The position numbers and the translations under genes are program-made. The notes under the pieces are model-generated. The model was not told the origin of the DNA and searched no databases. It worked only from the letters and a program-made list of their open reading frames with translations. From the NCBI GenBank assembly GCA_044892525.1, contig CM097885.1, positions 992,001 through 1,056,000 of the forward strand: 64,000 bases of DNA. Reading direction: 5' to 3'. The first letter of the stretch is position 1. The number at the start of each line of letters is the position of its first letter. The DNA comes from Schmidtea polychroa (lineage: Eukaryota). Shown piece after piece: positions 51,631-64,000 of the stretch.

Positions 51631-52757
51631 AATTTACGTTGTTCAATTTTCGTTAATTTCATCATAGGTTTCCTACCCATTTTATAATAAAAAGGAAGAA
51701 CCCTATTTAATTCTATATCCTCTATAGCACTTAAAAAACTCTCGACGCAATCTAAACCCATGAACTGTTGATAAGATTTAGATCCGTCAAAGTTATTTAC
51801 AAGTAAAAGACCAGCAGGTTAAAAGACCAGTCAGTAAACTGCAATAATTTATTTTGAGGGAAAGTGTAAAGAGTTGTTCCTAATTGATTACGTTTACATA
51901 ATATTTCATGTTTTTCCAGTGCGTGTTTGTACCTAAACCCATTCAAACACCGATGGCACCATAATGAACGTATGCGTGTAGGACAACTAGTGTTGATACC
52001 ACAATTCAGTAACCTATTTAAATTACTTATAGCAACGTAATGGAAATTGTTTCCTTTATTTAATAGTAGTAAATTAATTACAGTTCCATTTAAAACTTTG
52101 GAACGATGTATAATATCTAAATGTGGATGTTTTAATACATAATTATCAGTTAATTATTTGCTATTATCATATGAAAAAACATTAATTATTAAACCCGAAT
52201 TTTTAGATTCAAATTTTCTAATGTCTTTTAATTTCATAGGTAATTCTAACGGGTCGTATACTAAGTCTATACCCTACTAAGTATACTAGCATAACTACTA
52301 ACTTCATCATATTTTAAAATAGCTAAAATGCTATATAAAAACATGAATCATCAGTGTTTTTTATATTAATTAAACGAAATTTATTTTTTAGATAAGTAGG
52401 TGTTTCAATGAAACTCCTACCACTTAATCTACTTAACATACTTATTTTTGTTATGGTGAAATGTATTTCAGTAATATTTTTTATATTCCAACTGCTTCCT
52501 AACTCAGTAATATTAGTAATTTTCTCATTTAATTCTTTAATGCCTTCATCAAAAATTGATGCAGTTAAAGGCTTTGCATAATTTGAGATATTACTAACCT
52601 TTATTTACCCGTCTTTTTCAAATTCGATTGTTATTCCGAATTGAATTTTGACGGAGCCTAATTCGTTAATAATATCTCGTATTTTATTATTAGTTGTTCA
52701 GGAAATATTATTTCTTTTATATTTAAGTCGCTTGTATTTAAGCTTAATATTTGATGT
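51631..52757 (-). pseudogene. Lineage-B pPolB N-terminal fragment, degraded
   Basis: Near-identical to 31250-32470, with deletions. Confidence 0.9.
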
Positions 52758-52832
52758 GTAATTTTAGCAATAATTTAGCAATGAATCAATTGGATTGACT
52801 CATGGTTTCGCGGGCTCACATCTCTCAACTAT

Positions 52833-53578
52833 CCACCTGGTAGTAAAGTTGAAAAGCTGTTATTAACACACGAAGCGATGCGGATGATCTCATTGCTGTT
52901 ATACTCAATAAGGAAATTGTGTGCTTAGATAGACCAATGTATATTGGACAAACCGTACTTGATTTATCTAAACTTCGCATGTACCAGTTTCAATATAAAG
53001 AACTGCAGAGTTATAGAGAAGAATTCAATTGTCAAATTAATATCGTAGCCGGTGACACAGATTCCTTCTTTCTAGAGTGTAAAAATGTTGATTTACGCTT
53101 ACAACTATATCCAAAAATGATTGAAGATGGACTCTTAGATACTTCAAATTATCCAGTGACTGATTCATTTTTCTCAGATAAAATTTGTTCTGTAATCGGG
53201 AAATTCAAGGATTAGAATAAAGGAAATCAATATAAAGAATGGGTGTTTCTTCGTCCCAAGTGCTACTCACTCCAAGGCGATAAAACACTCTAAAAGCCAA
53301 AGGAATAAGACTTACAAATTCTAATATCACCCATGAAGCTTATAAAAAAAGTGTATACTGATGGTGGAACAGTGAGCATCCCATAAAAAAGAATAGGAAG
53401 TGTCAATCATCAGTTGTATACTTTCATGACAGAAAAACGAGCTCTCCAATGTTTGGACGATAAAAAGTATTGGTACAATTGTAATGAAAGCTATGCCTAC
53501 GGTCACTATAAGATTCGTCACATGCATATTGCAACTTCTATGTCTAGAAATGAATGCAAATCGAAACAAGCACTTTAA
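52833..53578 (+). pseudogene. C-terminal pPolB fragment of the lineage found in the tandem units
   Basis: PPGSKVEKLLLTH, CLDRPMYIGQTVLDLSKLRMY, VAGDTDS, LDTSNY and IGKFKD. It is followed by the same 3' flank as the repeat unit up to ~54127. Confidence 0.9.
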
Positions 53579-54131
53579 CAATTAAATTTATGTGAATAAT
53601 AAAATATATATTGTGAATTATTTGACTTCGTTAATTAAAATATGTTTTATCATTTAATAATTCATTTGTCCAATTAATTTAGATAATTAGTTTTAAGTAA
53701 GAATTATTATTTATCATGAAAAACTTTGCTTTGTTTTGAAAAATTAATGCCCATTTTATTTTAAATTAACACAGCTTTATTTTATGATAATTACTAATTA
53801 AAATTTTATTCAAATTGAAATATTATTGTTACAATTTACACTCTTGTTAGAATATATTAAATGTAAATGTAAAATAATAAAAATAAAAAAAAATAATAAT
53901 AATAAATAAAAAAAATTAAATAAAAAAATTTAAATTAAAAAAAATAATAATAATTAGTTAAATAATTAATTAAAAATTAATTAAAAATTAATTAAAAATT
54001 AATTAAAAAAATCAGTTAAATAACGTAAGTAATTAAAATAAAATATTAATATAAAATGATTCGATTGACCTATATTTGATCTGGACATTGGGATGACTTG
54101 AAAGTGTCCTGGAGTCCTCACTATATAGTAC

Positions 54132-54632
54132 AACAGTTTATACGGTAAAACTGTGGAAAACTTGAAAAAAACGTATAAATTTGAGATTTTGCAACAAAAG
54201 CAAAAGATTGATAACTTATTGTAGTCATCCTATGTTTCGTCGTAGCATCAAGATTGCGGATGATCTCATTGCTGTTATACTCAATAAGGAATATGTGTGC
54301 TTAGATAGACCAATGTATATTGGACAAACCATACTTGATTTATCTAAACTTCGCATGTACCAGTTTCAATATAAAGAACTACAGAGTTATAGAGAAGAAT
54401 TCAATTGTTAAATTAATATCGTAGCCGGTGACACAGATTCCTTCTTTCTAGAGTGTAAAAATGTAAATTTACGCTTACAACTGTATCCAAAAATGATTGA
54501 AGATGGGCTCTTAGATACTTCAAATTATCCAGTGACCTATCCGTTGTTCTTTGATGAAATTTGTTCTGTAATCGGGAAAGTTAAGGATGAGAATAAAGGA
54601 AATCAATATAAAGAATGGGTGTTTCTTCGACC
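54132..54632 (+). pseudogene. pPolB palm fragment (same lineage as 52833-53578)
   Basis: NSLYGKTVENLKK, LDRPMYIG, GDTDS and EWVFLRP. Confidence 0.88.
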
Positions 54633-57021
54633 CATCAGTTAAATTTTAAATAAAAATTAATTTTTTTTTAATGACTGTTAGGTTAATAATTAAGTAATTG
54701 GTTTAATTTTAGAAGACTTTGAAATGCATTTGACTAAATAATTTTTTCAATAATTTTCTAAGAATATTAACACATTGATGAACTTTTTTAAAAAAACATA
54801 AGCTAAGAAACCAGTTAACCTTATCAAGAACTTTAAATTTACTTGATAATTTACAGAAATAATATACAAAATTTAATTTACAGAAATAATTTACAAAATA
54901 ATAATACAGAAATTTATGATTAAGTTTGCTTTTATGAACAATCAATATATATCATCTCTAGTTAGGTATTTGATAGGTGAAATATTTGTAGTAAATAATA
55001 AGTTTATTATGTCTTTGTTACATAACTCGACTTTAGCGTCAAAATGTGTTTTTAAAATAAATTTTAATTTTAAAATACCGCAATGTAATATATTAATTTT
55101 TTCCTACCCTTCCTTGATTTTGATTGGTTAGAATTTGTTCCTATAAACAATAATAATCTATAAAAAATAATAATCTATAAACAATAATCAATCATTAGTC
55201 ACATTTAACAAATAATTAACCTTTAAAAATGAATTCTTTAATAGAAAACGTTATGAATGTTCGAGAAAAAATTCAGGAATTTGGTAAAATTTAATTTATT
55301 TATTAATTAATTTATTAATTAATTTAGATAATATTAATGAAGACAATTTAAAATCGAAGATTAAAGGAAATTTGAAAAGAAAAAGTAAACATAATTTTTA
55401 ATTTATTAATTTAATTAATTAATAATTTAGGTAATACGAATAAAGAGAAAAAATATGTCAATGTGTCAATAAATCGAAATGAAAATTTACAATGTAAGTT
55501 TTGATTACATTTTATAATTTAAAGGAAATTTAATATAATTTTTTATTTAAGTAAATGTTAATATTTTTAATTTAGTAAATTTTTATATTTTAGTAAATAA
55601 AATTTGTAAAATAATAATAATTTGCAAATTTTTGCGTAAACATTTATTAAAATCTTTCATTTAAATTATATTTTTTAAATAAATTTTTATTTTATAGGTA
55701 TACTTTATCCAAATTATTGTTCATCGAAAAAACATGATAATAATTGCCATTCTATAATGGAGAATTACTACACGAAAAAATATTATAATAAAACTTATTT
55801 TATATGTCCCGTATGAAAGACTAGTGACCCTGTAACATATAGCGTTTTTTATAATAAACATAAAAATCATTTAGATAGGTTTAATTTAAAAAAAGATAGT
55901 GTTTTTAAAAGACCCTCAACTATAGAAAAAAATAATACAAATAAAAAAATTAAATTAGATACTTCTTCTTTTGAATCCCAGGTCGGATTAGAGGTTGAAT
56001 CCCAGGCTGGATTGTCTTTTGTTGAATTCCAGGTCGGATTGTCTTTTGTTGAATCCAATGATGGATTGGTTGTTGAATCCCAGGACGGATTGTCTTTTGT
56101 TGAATCCCAGGTTGGATTGGTTGTTGAATCCCAGGTCGGATTGTCTTTTGTTGAATCCCAGGTTGGATTGCCTTTTGTTGAATCCAATGATGGATTGGTT
56201 GTTGAATCCCGGGTCGGATTGCCTTTTGTTGAATGCCAGGTCGGATTGGTTGTTGAATCCAATGATGAATTATTCACTTCCTTTGATTCTTGGGATGGAT
56301 TTAATATAATACAAATAGGTGGAAATGTATCGACAGTACAAAGAGATTTAAGAGGTACCCATCAAATATTAAGCTTAAATACAGCGACTTAAATATAAAA
56401 GAAGTAATATTTCCTGAACAACTAATAATAAAATTACGAGATATTATTAACGAATAAGGCTCCGTCAAAATTCAATTCGGAATAATAATCGAATTTGAAA
56501 AAGACGGGGAAATAAAGGTTAATAATATCTCAAATTATGCAAAGCCTTTAACTGCATCATTTTTTGATCAAGGCATTAAGGAACTAAATGAGAAAATTAC
56601 TAATATTACTGAGTTAGGAAGCAGTTGGAATATAAAAAATATTACTGAAATACATTTCACCATAACAAAAATAAGTAGGTTAAGTTGATTAAGTGGTAGG
56701 AGTTTCATTGAAACACCTACTTATCTAAAAAATAAATATTGTTTAATTAATATAAAAAACACTGATGATTCATGTTTTCTATATAGCATTTTAGCTATTT
56801 TAAAATATGATGAAGTTAGTAGTTATGCTAGAAATAGGACATCGAGTTATAATTTATCTGACTTAGTATACGACCCTTTAGAATTACCTATGAAATTAAA
56901 AGACATTAGGAAATTTGAATCTAAAAATTCGGGTTTAATAATTAATGTTTTTTCATATGATAATAGCAAACAATTAACTGATAATTATGTATTAAAACAT
57001 TCACATTTAGAATTTATACAT

Positions 57022-59316
57022 CAGGGGTGCCCACTAATTTTTCTAGGAGTGCTACATTCACATCCAAAATGTGTATGCGATCTACTTTTTTAATACTTAC
57101 ATAATATTTACCTACAATGCAATAAATTCATCACAATAGAACAAATATATGTCAAAATATGGAAAATTAAACTATGTAACTATTTATTATAAAAAAATGT
57201 AACTTAGGAAATCAAATTTAATGAAACTTATTGTTATATAGAACTTTTCGATGTTGATGCTCTACATTGGGTTGAATCCACTAGATTTTTGTAGTTTGGG
57301 ATATAAATGCTAAGACAACTTCTTAGGCTGGATTCCAAATGGTCATCTGTTAATGTTGCTCGGTACTTTGACTTAATAATTTTCATATGTGAAAATGCAG
57401 ACTCACATAAATAAGTTGAACCAAAAAAAGATACTAAATTTTCGAAGCATTTTTTCAAGTTTGAATATTTATCCTCTGATAGATATTTCCATACATTTGG
57501 TTCGGAAGATCTTGATTTAATGAAGATATCATTTTGAAGTGTGATTATTTCCATTTCAAGTATAGGGATATCCATTTTAAACAAAGTTGAAATTGAATCT
57601 GCAACAATTTCTGGCTTTATATTTGGATTAAACGGAAAGGACATAAATGCAGCCACAATTTCAAGTTTCTTGAAGTCTTGAAAACGTCTCTCGAACTCTA
57701 AAACCAAAATTTCGATCTGTTCGGCATATCTCGTAATATTAAAGTTGACATTTTCAGATTCTTTTAATTGTGACAACATATTTGGAAAATAACTTAAATT
57801 TTTGTCTTTTAATTTTGGTAATAAGTAAATGAAGCTTTTGTATAAATGCAATGATTGAACTTATCATATCGAATATCAATTTATCCTTACGATGTAAGTC
57901 GAGATTTAATTCATTCAGAATTGCAGTAATATCTACTAAAAATGCCAAATCCAAGACCCAAACATCATCTTCCAATTGCTTGAACTCATCACCTCTTGGG
58001 GCAAGGAACAACTTAATCTCAGAAAGCAAATCTCTAAATCTTTGTAAGAATTTTCCTCTACTTAGCCACCTTACATCTGAATGCATCAGTAATTCAGCAG
58101 GACCTTCGCTATTACTTTCTTCAATTTGTAATTTGAAAAGTCGTCTCTGAAGACTTCTTGCACGAATCGAGTTAGCAATTTTGAATGTTATTTCCATAAT
58201 ATCTCTCATATTCAGAATTTTAGCACACAAGGCTTGTTGATGAATAATACAGTTGTAGGAAAGAAAATCTGGGAATTCACAATCATTCCTACAATATGCT
58301 ATAAATCCGTTGTGACGCCCTGTCATAGCTGGTGCGCCATCTGTTGTTATTGATACAAGCTTACAAATTTGGAGCTGAATGCTGTTGGCATAAGCTTTAA
58401 AATTCTGAAATATATCTTCACCTCGAGTTTTACTTTTGAGTGGTATAATTGTTAATAATTCTTCCTTCGTAGAAAAATCTTTAAAGACCATTCGAATAAA
58501 AATTATAAGCTGCGAAATATCAGCCGCATTAGTTGATTCGTCTGCTTGCAATGAAAATGCAGTACAATTTCCTATGTCTAACATTAACTGATATTTTAAA
58601 TTGGTACTTATTTCTTGGACTCTCCGTGTAACTGTATTACGGGACAATTGAATATCAGTAATAGCAGAAATTATATCTGATTTATTTTTAAAATCACAAA
58701 ATAATGATTCTGCCGCTTCTAAAAATGCTTCTTTTACAATTACTCCATCACTAAAAGATTTCTTATTTTTTGCCAGAATGTAGCTTACTCGGAAAGATGC
58801 AGCTGTAGCTGACTTTGATTTGGATGCTAGCTTCGTAAAAAATGACTGTTGAAAAAAAATGCATGTTTTCAGTTCCATGATTTTAGACTTGCGTAGTTCA
58901 CTGTCAAGTGGATAATCAACTGCAAAATTCTTATGAATTGTCTTGAAATGCCTTTCCAAATTCCATCTTTTTGGTAATGAAATAGTAGCTTTACAAATTA
59001 ACCAACAACATTTACCTTTAATCATTACAAAAAAGTACTCCTTCTCCATTTCTTCGCTATAATGATAAGTCTTGGCTTTTCTATTTAGCATTTTTTATTT
59101 AGCATTTTTTATTTAGCATTTTTAAACAAAATTAATTTAACAAAAAAGCTTAAGAAAATTTTTCACTTTGTTACACAAAAATTTAGGCATAAAACAGAAA
59201 TTTTATATAAAATCTAAATTTATATAAAAAATATTTAAAAAATATTTATGAAGATCTACTAAAAAATCCTTCGCGATCTACCGGATAGATCGCGATCGAA
59301 CTTATGGGCACCCCTG
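57022..59316 (-). mobile_element. hAT DNA transposon (Buster/SPIN-like), 2295 bp, 12 bp TIRs, 8 bp TSD
   Basis: CAGGGGTGCCCA...TGGGCACCCCTG with TTATACAT at 57014-57021 and 59317-59324. Other pPolB copies have the empty site (near 31810 and 52105). Confidence 0.96.
57234..59091 (-). pseudogene. hAT transposase (GTF2IRD2/EPM2AIP1-like), frameshifted near 57850
   Basis: N-terminal BED-like finger, FSLQADEST, SITTDGAPAM, CIIHQQALC, VRWLSRG, LAFLVD and FGSTYLCESAFSHMKIIKSKYRATLTD. Confidence 0.93.
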
Positions 59317-61508
59317 TTATACATCGTTCCTAAGTTTCAAATGGAACTGTAATTAATTTACTACTTTTAAATAAAGGAAACAATTTCCATTACGTTGCTA
59401 TAAGTAATTTAAATAGGTTACTGAATTGTGGTATCAACACTAGTTGTCCTACACGCATACGTTCATTATGGTGCCATCGGTGTTTGAATGGGTTTAGGTA
59501 CAAACACGCACTGGAAAAACATGAAATATTATGTAAACGTAATCAATTAGGAACCACTCTTTACACTTTCCCTCAAAATAAATTATTGCAGTTTACTGAC
59601 TGGTCGAAAACAGTAACTCCTCCTTTTGTAGTTGATGCCGATTTTGAGGCTATTTTACCTTCTGATAATGTTCATTTCCAACGACACATGACAATATCTG
59701 CTGGTCTTTTACTTGTAAATAACTTTGACGGATCTAAATCTTATCAACAGTTCATAGGTTTAGATTGCGTCGAGAGTTTTTTAAGTGCTATAGAGGATAT
59801 AGCATTAAATAAGTTTCTTCCTTTTTATTATAAAATGGGTAGGAAACCTATGATTAAATTAACGAAAATTGAACAACGTCAATTTGTTAGTGCATCTGTT
59901 TTTTATCTTTGTATGAAATCTATCGTTGATCCTGTTAGAGATCACGATCATTTTACGGGGAAATATTTGGGTGCAGCTTGTAGCACATGTAACAAAAATA
60001 AGAAAATAAATAAAATTTTGCCTATCGTATTTCACAACTTGAAGGGATACGATATGCATCATATACTTAAATACGGATTAAATAAATTTAAAAATTGGAC
60101 TTTAGGTTGCATCCCAATAACGACTGAAAAATTTATTTCTTTGATTGCGCATTTAGGCAAAAGAATTGATTCTTATCAATTCATTGATTCTTATCAATTT
60201 GTTAATGATTCTTTAGCTAAAGCAGTCAAAACTTTGAATTCTTAGCCTTTTACTAATTCTGTTTTTTCTGGCACTATAGTTTCTGAAAAAGGAATCTTCC
60301 CTTATAATTTCGCTACATCTTTAGATATTCTCCAAACTACTTATGAATTACCACCAATCTGGGAGGGTGTTACTGTGCTTTAGTATGAAAAAGCTCAGGA
60401 GATTTGGGTAGAAACTATTTGCCTAATTTTATTAGATTATATGATGATCTACTTAAAACTTGAAATTTTTCTTTTGGCTGATTTCTTTCATCAGTTTCGG
60501 TTGAAATCTATTGCTCACAATAGATTGGAACCATTGAATTATTTCGGAATTCCAGGTATGTCTTGGTCTTCTGCATTAATGTCTTTAAATGAACCAATTG
60601 AGCTCATAACTGAAAACGAAATGTTTAGCTTTTATGAGGGTGGAATAAGAGGCGGTATTACTTTTGTGAATAAGCATTACGTAAAAACCGATGAGAACAC
60701 CGAGTTACTTTATATAGATATTAATAATCTTTATGGTTGGGCTTTAAGTCAATCATTACCTTGTGGTGAATTTAGTTGGGTTCTTGATGGATTTGATTTA
60801 ATAATGGATGAAAGTAGGAATTTAAATCTTGATTCTTTGTCTTATGGATACACTCTTGAAGTTGATCTTGTAATTTCTTCTGAGCTAAATGAGAAGTTGG
60901 ATGATTTCCCTGAAGCTGCTGAAATATTGGGCATGTAAGATTAAGTGAATTAAATATTGGAGAAAATGTTGGAGAAATTGTTGGAGAAAATGTTGGAGAA
61001 ATTGTTGGAGATGAATTTGATGAAAATGTTGGAGAAGATTTTGGAGAAGATGATATCGATATCGATGACGTTATTTTGTCTGATGAGGACTAATTTTATT
61101 AAATAAAAGTTTATATATATATACATTTGTTATTTTTTTGGTAAATATTTATGTTTTTTATGTGTCTAGTTAATGTTTATATGTTTTGTTATGTGTCTAG
61201 TTATTTTTATGTGTTGTATAGTATTTGGTTGATATATTATTATTATTATTTTTATTATTATTTCATAAACATTTCCATTAAAAATTACCATTGAAAAATA
61301 TTTCATTAAAATTTCTATTAAAAATTATTCATAAAAAGTTATTTCATAAAAACTTTCATTAAAAAATTTCAATTGTTAATAAATTTAAAAATCTTACTTT
61401 AATTTACTTATTTAACTTTAATTTTTTACCATTGATTACTTAATTTTAAAATTTGGACCTTAATTAATTTTAATTTAATTTTTTAGAACCTTAATTTAGT
61501 TATTTGTG

Positions 61509-62939
61509 CCGATGAGAACACCGAGTTACTTTATATAGATATTAATAATCTTTATGGTTGGGCCTTAAGTCAATCATTACCTTGTGGTGAATTTAGTTGG
61601 GTTCTTGATGGATTTGATTTAATAATGGATGAATGTAGGAATTTAAATCTTGATTCTTTGTCTTATGGATACACTCTTGAAGTTGATCTTGTAATTCCTT
61701 CTGAGCTTCATGATAAGTTGGATGATTTCCTTGTAGCAGCTGAAAAAATGAAACCTGCTGGGTCTAAGGTTAAAAAAGTATTATTTACTCATCTTCCAAA
61801 ATCTAATTATGTGATTCATTGGAGATTATTAAAATTATATTTGGAACTTGGTGTTAAAGTAACACATGTAAATAGGGGTGTAAGATTTAAGCAATCTCCA
61901 ATTTTTAAAAAATATATAGATACAAATACAGAACTAAGGTCAAAAAACATAAATAATTTAGATAAAAATTATTATAAATTGTTAAATAACAGTTTATACG
62001 GCAAAACAGTTGAAAATTTAAAGAGAAGAATGAATCTTCGTCTTTGTACAACTGCCGGTAAATAAGTAACATATTCTTCAAAGCCGACTTTTAAAAAACT
62101 ATTAAAATAGATGATAATTTAATTGCGGCATTAGTGAATTCAGATTCTATATGTTTAGATAGACCAAGTTACATTGGTCAATCTGTACTTGATCTATCTA
62201 AACTTAGAATGTATGTATTACAATATATTATATTGAATATAAGGATCTAGAATCATTTCGCAATGAGTTTAATAATAAAATTAATATCGTTGCAGGTGAT
62301 ACAGATTCTTTTTTCCTCGAAGTCATTAACTGTAAACTTGAGGTTCTTTTACCTGCAATGATTCGAGATAATTTATTAGATACTTCCAATTACAATAGTT
62401 GTCATTCCTTATATAGTAAGAACTTTGATTCAGTCATTGGAAAGTTCAAAGACGAGAATAAAGGTCTTAAATATAAGGAATGGGTTTTTCTTAGACCTAA
62501 ATGTTATAGCTTGTTGGGTGATGAGGAAACAAAAAAGGCTAAAGGTGTAACATTGAAAGGTAGTGACATAAAACATCAGTCATACCTGGATTGTTATAAA
62601 ACTAACCAGATTTTTTCGGTTCCTCAGACTAAAATAACAAGCAAAAATCATCAAATTTTTACAATTAAAAATACTAAAATAGCACTAACTAACAAAGATG
62701 ACAAAAGGGTTTGGGTGGGAAAAAATACTAGTCTTGCATATAGGCATGTAAGATTAAGTGAATTAAATATTAGAGAAAATGTTGGAGAAATTGTTGGAGA
62801 AAATGTTGGAGAAATTGTTGGAGATGAATTTGATGAAAATGTTGGAGAAGATGAGGAAGAATTTATTGAAGATGTTGGAGAAGATTTTGGAGAAGATGAT
62901 ATCGATATCGATGACGTTATTTTGTCTGATGAGGACTAA
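61509..62939 (+). pseudogene. Lineage-B pPolB polymerase C-half with stops and frameshifts
   Basis: YIDINNLYG, GYTLEVDL, YKLLNNSLYGKTVEN, GDTDS, IGKFKDE, LRPKCYS, KAKGV and an acidic GENV tail. Confidence 0.93.
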
Positions 62940-63099
62940 TTTTATTAAATAATAGTTTATATATATACATTTGTTATTTTTTTGGTAAATATTTATGTTT
63001 TTTATGTGTCTAGTTAATGTTTATATGTTTTGTTATGTGTTTAGTTAATTTTTTATGTGTTGTATAGTATTTGGTTGATATATTATTATTATTATTTTT

Positions 63100-64000
63100 A
63101 TTATTATTTCATAAACATTTCCATTAAAAATTACGATTGAAAAATATTTCATTAAAATTTCTATTAAAAATTATTGATAAAAAGTTATTTCATAAAAACT
63201 TTCATTAAAAAATTTCAATTGTTAATAAATTTAAAAATTTTACTTTAATTTACTTATTTAACTTTAATTTTTTACCATTGATTACTTAATTTTAAAATTT
63301 GGACATTAATTAACTTTAATTTAATTTTTTAGAACCTTAATTTAGTTATTTGTGCCCATTCATTACTTTAATTTAAAATTTTGGACCTTGATTTACTTTA
63401 TTTTAATTTTTTAGAACCATTATTTACTTTAATTTAAAAATTTGAATCTTATTTTACTTAGTTGAGCCCTTAATTAACTTTAATTTTAAATTTTGAACCA
63501 TTATTTACTTTAATTTAAAAATTTGAACCTTAATTTAGTTATTTGAGCCTATTCATTACTTTAATTCAAAAATCTTAGCCCATAATTTACTTTAATTCAA
63601 AAAAATCTGAACCTTGATTTACTTAAATTTAATTTTTTAGACCCATAATTTGCTTTATTTTAAAAATATACTATGCGTTTTTAATGTAAACCACCTTTTC
63701 TATTGAAATTCTCATGACCAAGGAGACCCCCTCACTGTAGTCTTAAAAATCCATGCTTTTTTATTGAAGACTACCTTTTTCTATTGAAATTCTCAGGACC
63801 AAGGAGACCCACCCAAATAATATTTATACTTGGCTTGTTTATTGAAAAAAAAATTTTTTGTATTTAAAATCCCAGAAAAAATACATTGGAGCGTACGGCA
63901 ACAATTATGTATTCAAAAAATGTCTACGGCAAAAATTATGCAATCAAAAGTTTGCAACATTTTTACCCCCTCCCCCCCTATTTCTCCCGCGGGCCCCTAA
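63100..64000. repeat. TIR-like AT-rich subrepeat region running toward a presumptive element end
   Basis: Subrepeats resemble 3340-3630. GCAACAATT/GCAATCAAAA motifs and CCCCCTCCCCCC at 63898-63978 resemble 3830-3893. Confidence 0.6.

Larger units (their letters stand above)
55229..61093 (+). pseudogene. Spliced lineage-B pPolB pseudogene (exons 55229-55283, 55328-55384, 55431-55493, 55698 onward), interrupted by a hAT insertion and lacking the palm C-half
   Basis: Three phase-1 GT-AG introns (44, 46, 204 nt) give MNSLIENV...NLQC-ILYPNYC...CPV. It has premature stops and the same downstream motifs and deletion as 30007-33029. Confidence 0.88.

Overview
Very AT-rich eukaryotic DNA with no ordinary host genes. 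The 41-50 nt AT-rich introns, (AAT)n tracts and retroelement types suggest an invertebrate such as a triclad flatworm, but that is inference only. Most of the window derives from Polinton/Maverick (adintovirus-like) elements encoding protein-primed DNA polymerase B (pPolB), with at least two pPolB lineages. (1) 1-19.6 kb is about 4.2 near-identical head-to-tail copies of a ~4.6 kb non-coding chimera of element ends, nested inverted repeats and pPolB remnants. (2) 21.4-29.8 kb is a largely intact gene block. It holds a six-exon pPolB N-terminal gene, a TBP-like gene, several small spliced genes, a spliced Bcl-2-family gene (BH1, BH2, tail anchor) and a secreted/GPI-like coiled-coil gene. It ends in an AP-1/nuclear-receptor motif array and an AGTAG-type terminus. 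(3) 30-34.8 kb and 51.6-64 kb are rearranged pPolB pseudogenes; one is interrupted by a full-length 2.3 kb hAT transposon with an 8 bp TSD. (4) 35.5-51.6 kb is a mosaic of an R2-type non-LTR retrotransposon, a Ulp1-protease-bearing (NeSL-like) ORF family, an rDNA-spacer-like region and the 3' ~600 nt of 28S rRNA. No integrase, packaging ATPase, adenain protease or capsid gene was recognised. All calls are by eye from motifs; no database searches were run.
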